A stretch of 64,000 bases of DNA from an uncultured Candidatus Saccharibacteria bacterium (lineage in GTDB: Bacteria; Patescibacteriota; Minisyncoccia; UBA6257; 2-01-FULL-56-20): contig CAZDFQ010000001.1 in assembly GCA_964505005.1 (NCBI GenBank), positions 114,458-178,457 on the forward strand, in the 5' to 3' direction. This document shows, piece by piece, positions 45,881 to 55,880 of the stretch. The notes under the pieces were generated by a model, which was not told the origin of the DNA, did not search any database, and saw nothing but the letters and a program-made list of their open reading frames with translations. Position 1 is the stretch's first letter. Each line of letters starts with the position of its first letter. A program made the position numbers and the translations under genes.

Positions 45881-46933
45881 CAGCGAAATTTCAAGGGGTT
45901 TTAAAGGACTGGCTAAAAATTGCTGATGACCTTGAAAATCATCGATAATCCGTCCCAGCCCTCTGGCGACCGCTCGCAAGGGGTCATCAACAACTCTCGC
46001 CGCCACTTGAGTTTCTTTAGCGATTAATTCGTCCAAGCCACGGAGAAGCGCGCCGCCGCCAGAAAGATAGATTCCTTCTTTCAACATATCGCCAACGAGT
46101 TCCGGTGGCGTCGCTTCGATTATCTCGCGCAAAGCTTCAATAATGAAACGGAGGGATTTGGAAAGCGCCGCTCGGATGTGGCTGTTTTTAACGACTATCT
46201 CTTTGGGCAAACCAGTAGAAAAATCTCGACCGCGGATAACGGTCTCCAGACGTTCATCCAAAGGAATGGCTGAACCGACGGCGATTTTGGCAAATTCGGC
46301 TGTGGGTTCGCCGACAGCCAATCGGAATTCGTCTCTCAAAAACTTGGCAATGTCATCATTGAATTTATCGCCGGCGACTTTAAGAGTTCGGGAAACAACG
46401 GTGCCGCTAAGGGAAATTACGGCAATATCAGTCGTGCCACCGCCGATGTCGACAATCAAGTTGGCCAGAGGCGACTCCACCGGTAAACCGGCGCCGAGAG
46501 CCGCAGCCAGCGGCGAAGAAACAAGATAAACTTTGGCGCAGCCGGCGGTTACGGCCGCATCTTCGACCGATTTCCGTTCTACTTCAGTTAAATCATCAGG
46601 GGCAGCCAAGACCGCCCGCCGGATGCCGGCAAATAAATTGTTCCCGTTCAACCGCTTAAGAAACTGACGGAGTAGTTCCTGAGTCATATCGAAATCAGAA
46701 ATAACGCCGTTGACCAGCGGTCTAATGACGTTAATGTGCCCCGGCGTTCGGCCGATCATTTTTTTGGCTTCCTCGCCGACCGCCAAAATTTCATTCGTCT
46801 TGTTATTGACCGCGGCCACCGTCGGCTCGTTCACTACCACTCCTTTATTTTTCTGGTAAATAAGAGAGTTAGCGGTGCCAAGGTCAATTCCGATTTCTTT
46901 GAAAAAATTATGGAAAATAGTCATAGCTTGCAA
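45878..46933 (-). CDS. mreB: Rod shape-determining actin homologue MreB.
   Basis: IGIDLGTANSLIY N-terminus; actin-fold motifs; 351 aa. Confidence 0.85.
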   Translation of the reverse strand: MQAMTIFHNFFKEIGIDLGTANSLIYQKNKGVVVNEPTVAAVNNKTNEILAVGEEAKKMIGRTPGHINVIRPLVNGVISDFDMTQELLRQFLKRLNGNNLFAGIRRAVLAAPDDLTEVERKSVEDAAVTAGCAKVYLVSSPLAAALGAGLPVESPLANLIVDIGGGTTDIAVISLSGTVVSRTLKVAGDKFNDDIAKFLRDEFRLAVGEPTAEFAKIAVGSAIPLDERLETVIRGRDFSTGLPKEIVVKNSHIRAALSKSLRFIIEALREIIEATPPELVGDMLKEGIYLSGGGALLRGLDELIAKETQVAARVVDDPLRAVARGLGRIIDDFQGHQQFLASPLKPLEISL

Positions 46934-47011
46934 TATCTATAAGTATCAATCTGTATCTTGTTGATATTCATTGATGCTCGCTCCGCGATACTAAAATATT
47001 ACTGGGATTTA

Positions 47012-48235
47012 TCACTTTTTTAATAAATTAATTAATTCTGCCTGGTTTATCAATCTTGTTTTCTCTTCGTTCCGGCGCTTGATTTCCACCTGAGCGCCGG
47101 TTTTAGGGCTGACTATGAGCCGAAGCGGCAAGCCAAGGAAATCGGCCTCAACGAGCTTTTCGCCGGCGGAAAGCGACCTTTCGTCGTAGAGTACTTCAAT
47201 GTTCTTTTTTTGTAAATCGGTGTAAAGTTTTTCAGCCGTGGCGCCGGGAAACTCGAGAAGATGAACGCTGAACGGCGCCACGCTTTCCGGCCAGATGATT
47301 CCTTTGTCGTCATGCGAAACCTCAACAATGGCGCCCAGCAATCGGGTCAAACCGATGCCGTAACACCCCATTTCCACATCCTTCTCCCGCCCTTTTTCAT
47401 CTTTATATTTCAAACCAAAAGGGACAGAATACTTGGTTTTCAATTTAAAAATATTGCCGACCTCAATGGCTTTTTCTGGTTTTAATTTCTTATTGCCGCA
47501 CTGCGGACAGGAATTCTGCTCTTTGATTATTTCTTTATTGACCGCCAGCCGGCACTTAGCGCAGAGATAAACAACATCTTCGCCGGCCGAGGTTAGGGTC
47601 TGGAATTCATGGGAATATTTGGAAAAAGTCCCGCCGGAAGCGAAAGTCAGGTAAGTCAAGCGGCCTATGCCGACCCGCCTGAAAACATTGAAATAGGCCT
47701 TTTTCATGAGCTCGTAATATCTATCCAAGTCATTCTCGTCAACATGGAACGAATAAAGGTCTTTCATCAAAAATTCCCGCGTCCGCAGCAGTCCGGACTT
47801 GACGCGGGGTTCGTCGCGGAACTTATTCTGAATCTGAAAAACAGATTGCGGCAAATCTTTCCAGGAAAAAACGAATTTTTTGAGCAAGGGTGAAACGATT
47901 TCTTCGTGGGTCGGCCCCAAAGCATATTCCATTTTCGAATAATAACTCCTGAACCTGAAAAGAGAGTCGTAAACTTCCCAACGGCCGGTTTTCTGCCAAT
48001 TGGCTTTGGGCTGGAGCGTGGGCATCAAGATTTCCTGGCCCCCGGCGGCTTCCATTTCTTCCCGGATGATGTTTTCGATTTTCTTCAGCACCCGAAATCC
48101 CAGCGGCAAAATGGAATAGACGCCGGCCATCACTTTGTCGATGAAGCCGGCGCGAATCAAAAGCCGGGCGCTTATCGCTTCCTCGTCTCGGGGAAAACTC
48201 CGTTTAACTTTGGTAAAAAGCTTCGACTGGAACAT
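47012..48235 (-). CDS. proS: Prolyl-tRNA synthetase, short form lacking the INS editing domain. A small CxxC...CxxC ribbon sits at the INS position.
   Basis: ISARLLIRAGFI...YSILPLGFRVLKKIENIIREEM N-terminus; class II motifs; C-terminal anticodon-binding domain; 407 aa. Confidence 0.75.
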   Translation of the reverse strand: MFQSKLFTKVKRSFPRDEEAISARLLIRAGFIDKVMAGVYSILPLGFRVLKKIENIIREEMEAAGGQEILMPTLQPKANWQKTGRWEVYDSLFRFRSYYSKMEYALGPTHEEIVSPLLKKFVFSWKDLPQSVFQIQNKFRDEPRVKSGLLRTREFLMKDLYSFHVDENDLDRYYELMKKAYFNVFRRVGIGRLTYLTFASGGTFSKYSHEFQTLTSAGEDVVYLCAKCRLAVNKEIIKEQNSCPQCGNKKLKPEKAIEVGNIFKLKTKYSVPFGLKYKDEKGREKDVEMGCYGIGLTRLLGAIVEVSHDDKGIIWPESVAPFSVHLLEFPGATAEKLYTDLQKKNIEVLYDERSLSAGEKLVEADFLGLPLRLIVSPKTGAQVEIKRRNEEKTRLINQAELINLLKK

Positions 48236-48393
48236 GCTGAATATAAAACAATGTTATCATAACAATTGTTGATAGGCAAAATCCGTTTTATCTGCGCCGC
48301 TGGGCCATCGCCGTTATGATGTGCCCTAGCGACAGGCCGACTTATTGCTGCGCTTTTCATTTTACTCGGCGGCCTTATGAAAAAAGTTTAATC

Positions 48394-48420
48394 AAGTGTT
48401 ATGCCTGGGCATAACACTTG
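48394..48420. repeat. Family C palindrome copy (first of a pair 170 nt apart) between mraY and proS.
   Basis: CAAGTGTTATGCCTGGGCATAACACTTG. Confidence 0.7.
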
Positions 48421-48593
48421 ATTATTCCGTCGCGTTATAAATAGCCGGCTATCTCGACTGCTGATAAAACCTATTTGGAGATGCGAATATCGCCGATTTT
48501 GAAAAGGTTGTGGGAGTGAAGAGTTATAGAAGCGAGAGGATTATGGAAGTTGAACTTCAATAGAGGGTTTCAATAATAGTTGCTTACTAGAAG

Positions 48594-48614
48594 TGTTATG
48601 CCCGGGCATAACAG
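48594..48614. repeat. Family C palindrome copy (second of the pair) 42 nt 3' of the mraY stop.
   Basis: GTGTTATGCCCGGGCATAACAG. Confidence 0.65.
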
Positions 48615-48655
48615 GGCTTACTCCCTCCTTCATCTTCTGATTTAATATTTAAATT

Positions 48656-49729
48656 TCAAAAAAATCTTGCCAGAAAGAAAAGCACCAGGCCGAAGGCCGC
48701 GGCCACGGCCGAAACAATCCAGAAACGCATCGTCACTTGGGACTCGGGCCAGCCGAGTGCCTGAAAATGATGGTGAATCGGCGCGGATAAAAACACTTTT
48801 TTATGGAAAAATTTTTTGGAAGCGAGCTGGATGATGACTGAGGCGGACTCGACCGCTAAGACGAAACCGATGAGCGGAAGGAAAAGAACGGAGTTAGTCA
48901 GGAAAGCGATGACGGCCAAGGTCACGGTCAATCCCATAATGCCGGTCTCGCCCATATAGAATTTGGCCGGATGGACATTAAACCAGAGATAAGTGGCGAG
49001 AGCCCCGACAATCACGATAATGAAAGCCACCAGGTCATAAGCGCCGCGGGCATAGGCAATGACACCAAAAGCTGCAAAAATCGGCGCCAAAACGCCGGCT
49101 GACAGACCGTCCAAGCCGTCGACCACACTTGAAGAAAAAGTCGCCAGCACCACCAGTACAAAAAGAAGAATGTACCAGCCGTCGATTTCGATGTTCCCGT
49201 AAAAAGGAATATAAATGCTCGACCATTCCAATTTGAAATAGAACCACCAGGCGCCGAGCAAAGCAATCGAAGTCACTAACAAAAGACGAACTTTTAATCT
49301 GATGCCGCCGCCGATGTATTTGCCCTTGTTCTTAACAACCAGAATATCGTCAATCAAACCAAGAAGTGAAGCGGAGGCCAGCGCGAAAAGCGGCAGATAG
49401 GTCTGGGAGCGGGAGACAAAATTCATTCCGGTCCAAAAAGGGCCGCCGAAAAATTTGTCTGCTAAAAACATTAAGCTGGTCACCACCAACACGGTCCACC
49501 AAATGAGAATGCCGCCCATCCGCGGCGTGCTTATCTCTTTCTCGGCGTGAAGTTTCGTGAAAATGGGCGTTTTTTCTCCGCCGAAAGTTTCTTCCCGCGG
49601 TTTTTTCTTCCAAGCCTTGAATTTATAAAGAATTCTAATCAGAACCGGCGCGGAAATAATTGCCACCGCGAACGAAAGGATGAAAAGCAGCAGCGTCCGG
49701 ACTATTAAGAAGACAGGAACTTGATACAT
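48656..49729 (-). CDS. mraY: Phospho-N-acetylmuramoyl-pentapeptide transferase (GT4 / MraY family).
   Basis: Polytopic membrane protein; DDxxD-type (LIDDILV) and GLDGL motifs; 357 aa. Confidence 0.7.
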   Translation of the reverse strand: MYQVPVFLIVRTLLLFILSFAVAIISAPVLIRILYKFKAWKKKPREETFGGEKTPIFTKLHAEKEISTPRMGGILIWWTVLVVTSLMFLADKFFGGPFWTGMNFVSRSQTYLPLFALASASLLGLIDDILVVKNKGKYIGGGIRLKVRLLLVTSIALLGAWWFYFKLEWSSIYIPFYGNIEIDGWYILLFVLVVLATFSSSVVDGLDGLSAGVLAPIFAAFGVIAYARGAYDLVAFIIVIVGALATYLWFNVHPAKFYMGETGIMGLTVTLAVIAFLTNSVLFLPLIGFVLAVESASVIIQLASKKFFHKKVFLSAPIHHHFQALGWPESQVTMRFWIVSAVAAAFGLVLFFLARFF

Positions 49730-49773
49730 CTTAGTTAAAAATCTCTAATTTCTAAATCCTAATTTCTAAATAA

Positions 49774-49790
49774 TCCGCCAGGTGGCGGAT
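49774..49790 (-). terminator. Hairpin ATCCGCCAGGTGGCGGAT downstream of the dacA-like gene (minus strand), followed by T-rich sequence.
   Basis: 7-bp GC stem; T-rich sequence follows on the minus strand. Confidence 0.4.
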
Positions 49791-49858
49791 AAATGACCAA
49801 AATCCAAAATTAAAAATTTTTGAAATTTGAATTTTGAGATTGTTTAGGATTTAGGGGT

Positions 49859-50938
49859 TTATCGATTTGCCGTTCGCCGGAAATTATTCTTGAACCATTC
49901 GAAAATTCTCTCGGTTTCGCCGAAGCGGTTAGCGGTACCGAGGACGACTATTAAAATCGGCCGGCGCTCGTAAGAAAAAACGGAAACGAGATTGCCGCTG
50001 GCTTCATCAGTATAGCCGGTTTTGCCGCCGAGAAAATCGCTTTGGCCGGCAAAAATATTGATGTTGCCGATGGTCGTTTTCCGGCCGGAATTCAGTTCTG
50101 TAATGAGACCGACTTTCCGACGTGTGAGTTCAAAAATTTTGGGCTCGTTCCGCTCGATGAAAATCGCCAGTTTTTTGATGTCTTCAGCGGTTGACTGATT
50201 GACGACGGAGAGACCAGTTGGTCCCTCGTAATGAGTGGAACTCATACCTAATTCTCTTGATTTTTCATTCATAAGAGAAACGAATTTATCAAGACCATAA
50301 TTGTCAGCCAAGGCCTGAGCGGCTTCGTTCTTGGAAAGAAGGAGCATCGTGCTTATAACATCGTTTACCGAATAGACGTAACCGGCTTTGAAGAACTCAT
50401 TTTCTTCAGCGTTGGCAAAATCAGCCGCTGACAAAGTAAGACGGCTTTTCGAATCGAGGTTTTCCGTAGCCACCACAGCAGTCATCAGTTTGGTCAGCGA
50501 TGCCAGAGGCCAGCGCTTATCAGAGTTAAAAGAAAAATAGGTTTCGCCGGAACCAAGATCTGTCACTAAAGCTGCTTCGGCATTCACGACCGGGGGTGGG
50601 TCGTTCGTGAAATAGTAAAAAAACGGCGTTGGCAGCATTCCGGAAGAACTAAGGGAAACATTTCGAGAATTATTTAAATAATCAACATTGTCAACGGCGG
50701 GCCCCAATTCACTGGTCGCCTTCCCGACAGTCGAAGCAGAACCGTTAAAACCCGGATTTCGACTGATATCAGCGACGGCGGCGACTCCTTTCAAAAAAGG
50801 CACCGTGTCAGGCCCAAAAAACTTCAATCGGCTATCCCCAGAGACATCATTGTTATATTGGAAGCCGCTAAAACGGCTGCCGAGAAATATCATAAAAACG
50901 ATTGCTATAGCAAAAAAAATTTTTTGGAAATTGGTCAT
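49859..50938 (-). CDS. D-alanyl-D-alanine carboxypeptidase (PBP5/DacA-like serine peptidase).
   Basis: SxxK (ASLTKLMT), SxN region, KTG (GKTGYT); N-terminal signal/TM helix. Confidence 0.7.
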   Translation of the reverse strand: MTNFQKIFFAIAIVFMIFLGSRFSGFQYNNDVSGDSRLKFFGPDTVPFLKGVAAVADISRNPGFNGSASTVGKATSELGPAVDNVDYLNNSRNVSLSSSGMLPTPFFYYFTNDPPPVVNAEAALVTDLGSGETYFSFNSDKRWPLASLTKLMTAVVATENLDSKSRLTLSAADFANAEENEFFKAGYVYSVNDVISTMLLLSKNEAAQALADNYGLDKFVSLMNEKSRELGMSSTHYEGPTGLSVVNQSTAEDIKKLAIFIERNEPKIFELTRRKVGLITELNSGRKTTIGNINIFAGQSDFLGGKTGYTDEASGNLVSVFSYERRPILIVVLGTANRFGETERIFEWFKNNFRRTANR

Positions 50939-50940
50939 AA

Positions 50941-51075
50941 AAGTTCAAAATGCAAAAATCTCAGCCCGAGGCAGTCCCTGCTCGTCCGGCAGGCGGGCGG
51001 CAGGCGGGCGCCTTTGGCGGGAAAATGCAAAATGACAATGTAAAATTAAAAATTATTAAAATCGGATTTGAAATT
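50941..51075. repeat. Partial copy (one arm plus centre) of the 52684 MITE-like element, between the dacA-like gene and scpB.
   Basis: AAAGTTCAAAATGCAAAAATCTCAGCCCGAGGC...GCCTTTGGCGGGAAAATGCAAAATGACAAT...AAAATTATTAAAATCGGATTTGAAATTAA. Confidence 0.6.
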
Positions 51076-51817
51076 AAGCAATCGAATTCGGCATTTCATT
51101 TTTTGGAATTTCGCTTTCTGTCGCCTCCGGCGCGCCAGGAAGCTCCGCTTCATCAATCGGTTCGGCCCGCCCGCCTGAGTTGCTCTCAGACAAGTCGGGC
51201 GCGGTCGCCGAAAACAAACTGGTGTTTACTTTCTTCTCGCTGCCGATTGGGAGAAGAAGCGACCGGAATTTTTCATAATCCGGCAATTCTTCTTTTTTGC
51301 TGAGACCCAGATGTTTAAAAAGCTCGAAGCTTAGCTGATAAAGATAAGCCGCGGGATTGTTAGGATCGGCGAATCTTTCGAGCAGACCGCGGAGAAGAAG
51401 GTTTCTCAAAGTAAAAGATGAATTGACTCCACGGCGATATTCTATTTCGCTTCTCGAAATAGGGCCGAGATAAGCCACTATAGAAAGTACCTCCAAACTG
51501 GCCGGCGTTAAATCCTCGCTGAGTTCTTCCTTGACAATATTTTCCAAAAATTTTCCGAAGGCTGGTTTGGTAACCAATTGAATCTTACCGCTGTCGCTGA
51601 TTAAAGCCAATCCCCGGTCTTCGGTTTGCAGCCGCTTTTCGAACTCCTCAAGAAGAGGAGAGGCTTCTTTTTGGGGTAAGTCAAGCATCTTGACGACTTT
51701 CTCCCGACTTAAGGGCTCGCCGTAAATAAAAAGAAGCGCCTCCAGTTCAGCTAATTTTTGTTCCAAATTCATAGTATAGATTACGCCACTCGAATATCCC
51801 GAAAACACCCGAATCAC
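51074..51817 (-). CDS. scpB: Segregation and condensation protein B, with a C-terminal tail encoded by repeat family A.
   Basis: LEALLFIYGEPLS motif and two winged-helix domains. The tail ...AEPIDEAE... corresponds to the dispersed repeat. Confidence 0.75.
   Translation of the reverse strand: MIRVFSGYSSGVIYTMNLEQKLAELEALLFIYGEPLSREKVVKMLDLPQKEASPLLEEFEKRLQTEDRGLALISDSGKIQLVTKPAFGKFLENIVKEELSEDLTPASLEVLSIVAYLGPISRSEIEYRRGVNSSFTLRNLLLRGLLERFADPNNPAAYLYQLSFELFKHLGLSKKEELPDYEKFRSLLLPIGSEKKVNTSLFSATAPDLSESNSGGRAEPIDEAELPGAPEATESEIPKNEMPNSIA
51139..51250. repeat. Family A repeat copy inside the scpB 3' coding end.
   Basis: AGCTCCGCTTCATCAATCGGTTCGGCCCGCCCGCC...TCTCGCTGCCGATTGGGAG. Confidence 0.6.
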
Positions 51818-51860
51818 TCAAATAAGAAAAATCTTTCGAGGCATTCGAGTGGAATTTGAG

Positions 51861-52631
51861 TCATTTGAGTCGCTTAATCATTATATCAGAAAACCGGCTC
51901 TTTTGTTCTATCTGAATAAGCCGTTCGTGAGCCAAATGAAGAATCGCCAGAAAAATAGCAATCATCTCCGCTCGCTGGCCTTTTTTGGAAATCTGGCGAA
52001 AGCTCAACTCGCCTATTTCCTGAATCCGATTGATTATTTCTTTGATTTTTTCTTCAATAGAAATAATTTCTTTGGCGACTGTTTCTTCTTCATAAAAATT
52101 CTTGAAAATTTCGAAAATTTTTTGAAGCGCGTTGGTTAGGGCGGCGACTGAAAGATTCTGGCCTGGATAAAAAAACTTCGTCTTCTCGCCGGCGCCGGTC
52201 GGACTGAAACCGGCTGGAATTGCTCCGGTTGAACTCAAAAAATACGGCCGGCTGAATTCGAAATCGCCGGTTCTCCACAATCTAAAAAGGTGGTTCATCG
52301 CCGGCTTGAATTCTTTGTAGAGTTTTAGGCGGTTTTCTAAATCTCTGATTTCCGCCTGCTCCTCGTCGGTCAAAGAAATGTCGGGCAAAAGCGATTTTGA
52401 TTTTATGAAAACCAAGCGGCTGGCAATCTGAATGAAATCCGCCAATAAACGCAAATACTCCGTCTTGTTGTCGCCGGCTATTTTCTCCAGCTTCCTCAAA
52501 TAAGAAAGGAAATCGTCGGTTACCTCAGCTAAACTGATTTCCGTAATTTCGAGCCTCCTTGCTTCAATCAATTCAAGCAGTTTATCAAGCGGCCCCTGAA
52601 AATTTTCCAGTTTTAGTTCGTAGAACATCAT
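51861..52631 (-). CDS. scpA: Segregation and condensation protein A (kleisin).
   Basis: FQGPLDKLLELIEARRLEITEISLAEVTDDFLSYL N-terminus; immediately upstream of scpB. Confidence 0.75.
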   Translation of the reverse strand: MMFYELKLENFQGPLDKLLELIEARRLEITEISLAEVTDDFLSYLRKLEKIAGDNKTEYLRLLADFIQIASRLVFIKSKSLLPDISLTDEEQAEIRDLENRLKLYKEFKPAMNHLFRLWRTGDFEFSRPYFLSSTGAIPAGFSPTGAGEKTKFFYPGQNLSVAALTNALQKIFEIFKNFYEEETVAKEIISIEEKIKEIINRIQEIGELSFRQISKKGQRAEMIAIFLAILHLAHERLIQIEQKSRFSDIMIKRLK

Positions 52632-52683
52632 CTCAGGCTTGCTGTTATACTAAATTATAACACTTGGAATTATTTGCTAAATT

Positions 52684-52905
52684 TAAAGTTCAAAAATCTC
52701 AGCCCGAGGCTGATCCGCCTTTGGCGGAAAAATTAAAAATGACAATCCAAAATCAGAAATTATCAATTTATTAAAATCGGATTTTGAAATTAATACATTT
52801 TGTAATTTTGAATTGTCATTTTCCCGCCAAAGGCGCCTGCCGGCCGGACGGGCAGGAATCCGTCTCGGGCTGAGATTTTTGCATTTTGTATTTTGCATTT
52901 TTATA
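52684..52905. repeat. ~220-bp MITE-like element with long inverted arms (AAATCTCAGCCCGAGG...CCTTTGGCGGGAAAATGACAAT around an AT-rich centre).
   Basis: Left arm 52688-52745 and right arm 52807-52885 are reverse complements with indels. A partial copy lies at 50941-51075. Confidence 0.65.
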
Positions 52906-54223
52906 AGGAGTAATAATTGTTCGCCGGGTCCCAGAACAGCCAGCCGGCAAAATCAGTGGCGGTGCCTGAAGAAGCATTAAAAACATCCTTAACGGCCTGA
53001 ACCTCCTGTTCAATCATCGCTGAATTATAAACGGCGCCCAAATCAAAGGCCTGCAACCACGGCCGTAACTTGGAATTATGAATGATGAATGATGAATTGG
53101 GGATTTGGGCTGTTGTACTTGTCGTGCTCGTTTCATTATTCATAATTCCTGATTCATAATTCTTAAGTCGTTTCAACGCCTGCTCCAATGAATATTTTAT
53201 GACTTCATAAGGATATTTGGCCGGATTTTTATAACCAAGGAACTCTGAAGCATAATGTGAAGGGTAAACCATCGGATCGACATAATCAAAATAGGGATAA
53301 GCATCTTCGATAACTTGACCAATGCCCATATCGTCCCAGTTATCGACAGTGGAGAGTCCAAAAAAGTCGGCTGAAATTTTGGCCTCGGGAAGATTTTCTC
53401 TCAGATAAGCGAAGAAATTTTTAATAATTTTACGACGAGGGATTTTCTGGTCCCAAAAGGGATAACTGATGATACTGAGGTCGCCATCGGAAACAAAACG
53501 GATGTAATCAAAATTTATTTCGTCAAACCCGCGGTTCAAAGCGTCTTTGGCAATGGCGATATTATAATCCCAGACCGGCGGGGCCGCGGCATCCAGCCAA
53601 GCCAATCCCCGCTTATCGGTCCAAACCTTGCCGGTGGTTTTATTTTTAAGCGCCCATTCCGGATGGGCCTTGGCTAAAACCGGGTCCTGAAAAACCGTGA
53701 TTCGGCCGATAACATAGATGTTTTTATCATGAAGTTTTTTAATCAGCGCATTGGGCCTTGAAAGGCGCAGCTGGTTCTCGGCGCCGCTGGCCCTGGCTTC
53801 CGGAACATCCACGGCGTAAGACACATAGCCGGAATAATCTTTTATATCAATTACCACGGCATTGAGCCCTTTTTTAGCGATTAAATCGAGCAAGTAATTC
53901 AATTTTGAATCAGAACCAGCTGACCAGCCTGTCAGATAAATGCCTTTGACGATTTCCGGAGGATTGGTCAGCCGCGGCTGATTAGGAAGGTCATTTGAAG
54001 AATTATTGGAAATTATTGCTGACAAATTTGGGATATTTCGCGAGAGCTCGGTCGAAGTAGGGGTCGAGGCTTCGGGAACATACAAATCCGGAACAGACTG
54101 CCTGATGGCGGCGTTAAGTTCCGAATCCGGATTATCCAAGATAATGATTCGCTGGGGCAAAAACAAAAATAAGCTGACGCCAGCTAAAATAACGACCACT
54201 GAGGCGACTGCTAAAACTTTCAT
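52901..54223 (-). CDS. Putative TIM-barrel glycoside-hydrolase-like protein (DUF4015-like) with an N-terminal TM helix.
   Basis: GIYLTGWSAGS...NAVVIDIKDYSGY pattern; 440 aa. Confidence 0.45.
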   Translation of the reverse strand: MKVLAVASVVVILAGVSLFLFLPQRIIILDNPDSELNAAIRQSVPDLYVPEASTPTSTELSRNIPNLSAIISNNSSNDLPNQPRLTNPPEIVKGIYLTGWSAGSDSKLNYLLDLIAKKGLNAVVIDIKDYSGYVSYAVDVPEARASGAENQLRLSRPNALIKKLHDKNIYVIGRITVFQDPVLAKAHPEWALKNKTTGKVWTDKRGLAWLDAAAPPVWDYNIAIAKDALNRGFDEINFDYIRFVSDGDLSIISYPFWDQKIPRRKIIKNFFAYLRENLPEAKISADFFGLSTVDNWDDMGIGQVIEDAYPYFDYVDPMVYPSHYASEFLGYKNPAKYPYEVIKYSLEQALKRLKNYESGIMNNETSTTSTTAQIPNSSFIIHNSKLRPWLQAFDLGAVYNSAMIEQEVQAVKDVFNASSGTATDFAGWLFWDPANNYYSL

Positions 54224-54248
54224 ATTACAACTAATTCTATTCCACCCC

Positions 54249-55775
54249 TTATTCCCATTCCATGGTGGCCGGCGGCTTATTGGTTATGTCGTAAACAACC
54301 CGATTTACTTCTTTAATCTCATTGGTTATTCGCGTGGAAATTTTTTCTAAAATTGAAAAAGGAATTTCAGCAAAATTAGCGGTCATAGCGTCTTGCGATT
54401 CCACTATCCGCACGACCACGGGGTATTTATAACTTCGTTCGTCGCCCTGGATGCCGACGCTTCTTATCGGCAACAAAACCGCGAAGCTCATCCAGATTTT
54501 TCCCCAAAATCCCGACTTTTTCAACTCATCTTCGATTATTTTACCCGCTTGTCTGACGATTTCTACTTTATCGGGCGTTACCTCGCCGATTATTCTTATT
54601 GCCAAGCCCGGACCCGGAAAAACCTGCCGGCTGATTATTTGTTTCGGCAGACCGATGGCGCGGGCGATTTTCCTTACTTCGTCTTTATATAAGTCTCGGA
54701 GTGGTTCATAAACCTTCAATTTCAAATTTTCGGGAAATCCGCCCACATTGTGATGCGATTTTATTCTTGATGAGTACTTGGTTAAACCGCTTTCAATCCT
54801 GTCCGAATAAATCGTCCCCTGAACAAGAAATTTCGCCTTTTCTTTCTTCGCAATTCTATAAAAAATATCCGCAAAAAGTCTTCCGATAATTTTTCTTTTT
54901 CGCTCCGGAGAAGTGATTCCTTTGAGCGCCCGGAAAAATTGTTTTTCAGCCCGGATAATTTTCAGATTTAAATTTCTTCTCCCAAATGCTCTTTTTATAA
55001 ATTCCGTCTCTCTTTCTCTCATCAAGCCGGTGTCAACATAAACCGCAGTCAAATTTTTTCCGATTGCTCGGCTAACCAAAGCCACGGCAACTGAAGAATC
55101 AACACCGCCGGAAAGACCGATTATGGCTTTATTGCCCCCTATTGTCTCCTGCGCTTCTTTTATAATGTTTCTGACAGTTATTCTCGGCGACAACGATTTT
55201 TTGCACCGGCAAACGCCGGAAACGAAATTTTTTAGGATTTTATCTCCTTTTTCCGTATGGCTTACTTCCGGATGAAACTGGACCCCGAAAATTTTTTTAT
55301 CTCTACTGGCAAAAGCTGCTATTTTTGAATGCTCGGTGCCGGCCAGCGGAGAAAACGATTGGGGAAGCGAGGCGACTATATCGCGGTGATTCATCCAAAC
55401 ATTCAGAGATTTTCCGAGACCAGCCAAAATAGCGACAGAGGTACTGATATTCAGTTTCATCAAGCCGTACTCGCCAGATTTTCCAGACACAATTCGGCCG
55501 CCCATTTTATGGACAATAAGCTGATGGCCGTAGCAAATGCCTAAGATGGGCAAACGAAGTTTTAAGATTTTTCTATCAAATTTCGGGGCATTCTTGTCGT
55601 AGACCGAGCGGGCGCCGCCGGAGAGAACAATCCCTTTTATCTCTTTATCGCTTCCTAATTGACTGGCTGGCACATTTGAAGGAAAAATTTTGGTGGTTGC
55701 TCCAAGGTCTCTGAGCCGGCGCGAAATCAGATGGCAATATTGTCCGCCGAAATCCAAAATGGCGATTTTATCCAT
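54249..55775 (-). CDS. guaA: GMP synthase (glutamine-hydrolysing).
   Basis: N-terminal class I GATase (ILDFGGQY, catalytic Cys ICYGHQ), ATP-PPase SGGVDSSV motif, C-terminal dimerisation domain. Confidence 0.85.
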   Translation of the reverse strand: MDKIAILDFGGQYCHLISRRLRDLGATTKIFPSNVPASQLGSDKEIKGIVLSGGARSVYDKNAPKFDRKILKLRLPILGICYGHQLIVHKMGGRIVSGKSGEYGLMKLNISTSVAILAGLGKSLNVWMNHRDIVASLPQSFSPLAGTEHSKIAAFASRDKKIFGVQFHPEVSHTEKGDKILKNFVSGVCRCKKSLSPRITVRNIIKEAQETIGGNKAIIGLSGGVDSSVAVALVSRAIGKNLTAVYVDTGLMRERETEFIKRAFGRRNLNLKIIRAEKQFFRALKGITSPERKRKIIGRLFADIFYRIAKKEKAKFLVQGTIYSDRIESGLTKYSSRIKSHHNVGGFPENLKLKVYEPLRDLYKDEVRKIARAIGLPKQIISRQVFPGPGLAIRIIGEVTPDKVEIVRQAGKIIEDELKKSGFWGKIWMSFAVLLPIRSVGIQGDERSYKYPVVVRIVESQDAMTANFAEIPFSILEKISTRITNEIKEVNRVVYDITNKPPATMEWE

Positions 55776-55880
55776 ATTTGCTTTTGTAGATTATAACTTG
55801 GCAGTTGCTGAAAGCAACGATTTACCGTAAAATAAATCCGTTCAGGATTTAGAACTTAGAGATTAGAGATTTTAATTGAT

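Noticed and set aside
52683-53013. Track ORFs 52683-52898 and 52816-53013 (minus strand), and likewise 50858-51043 and 50950-51303 (plus strand).
   Set aside because: They fall entirely within the MITE-like inverted-repeat element and its partial copy. Their sequences are low-complexity translations of the repeat arms.
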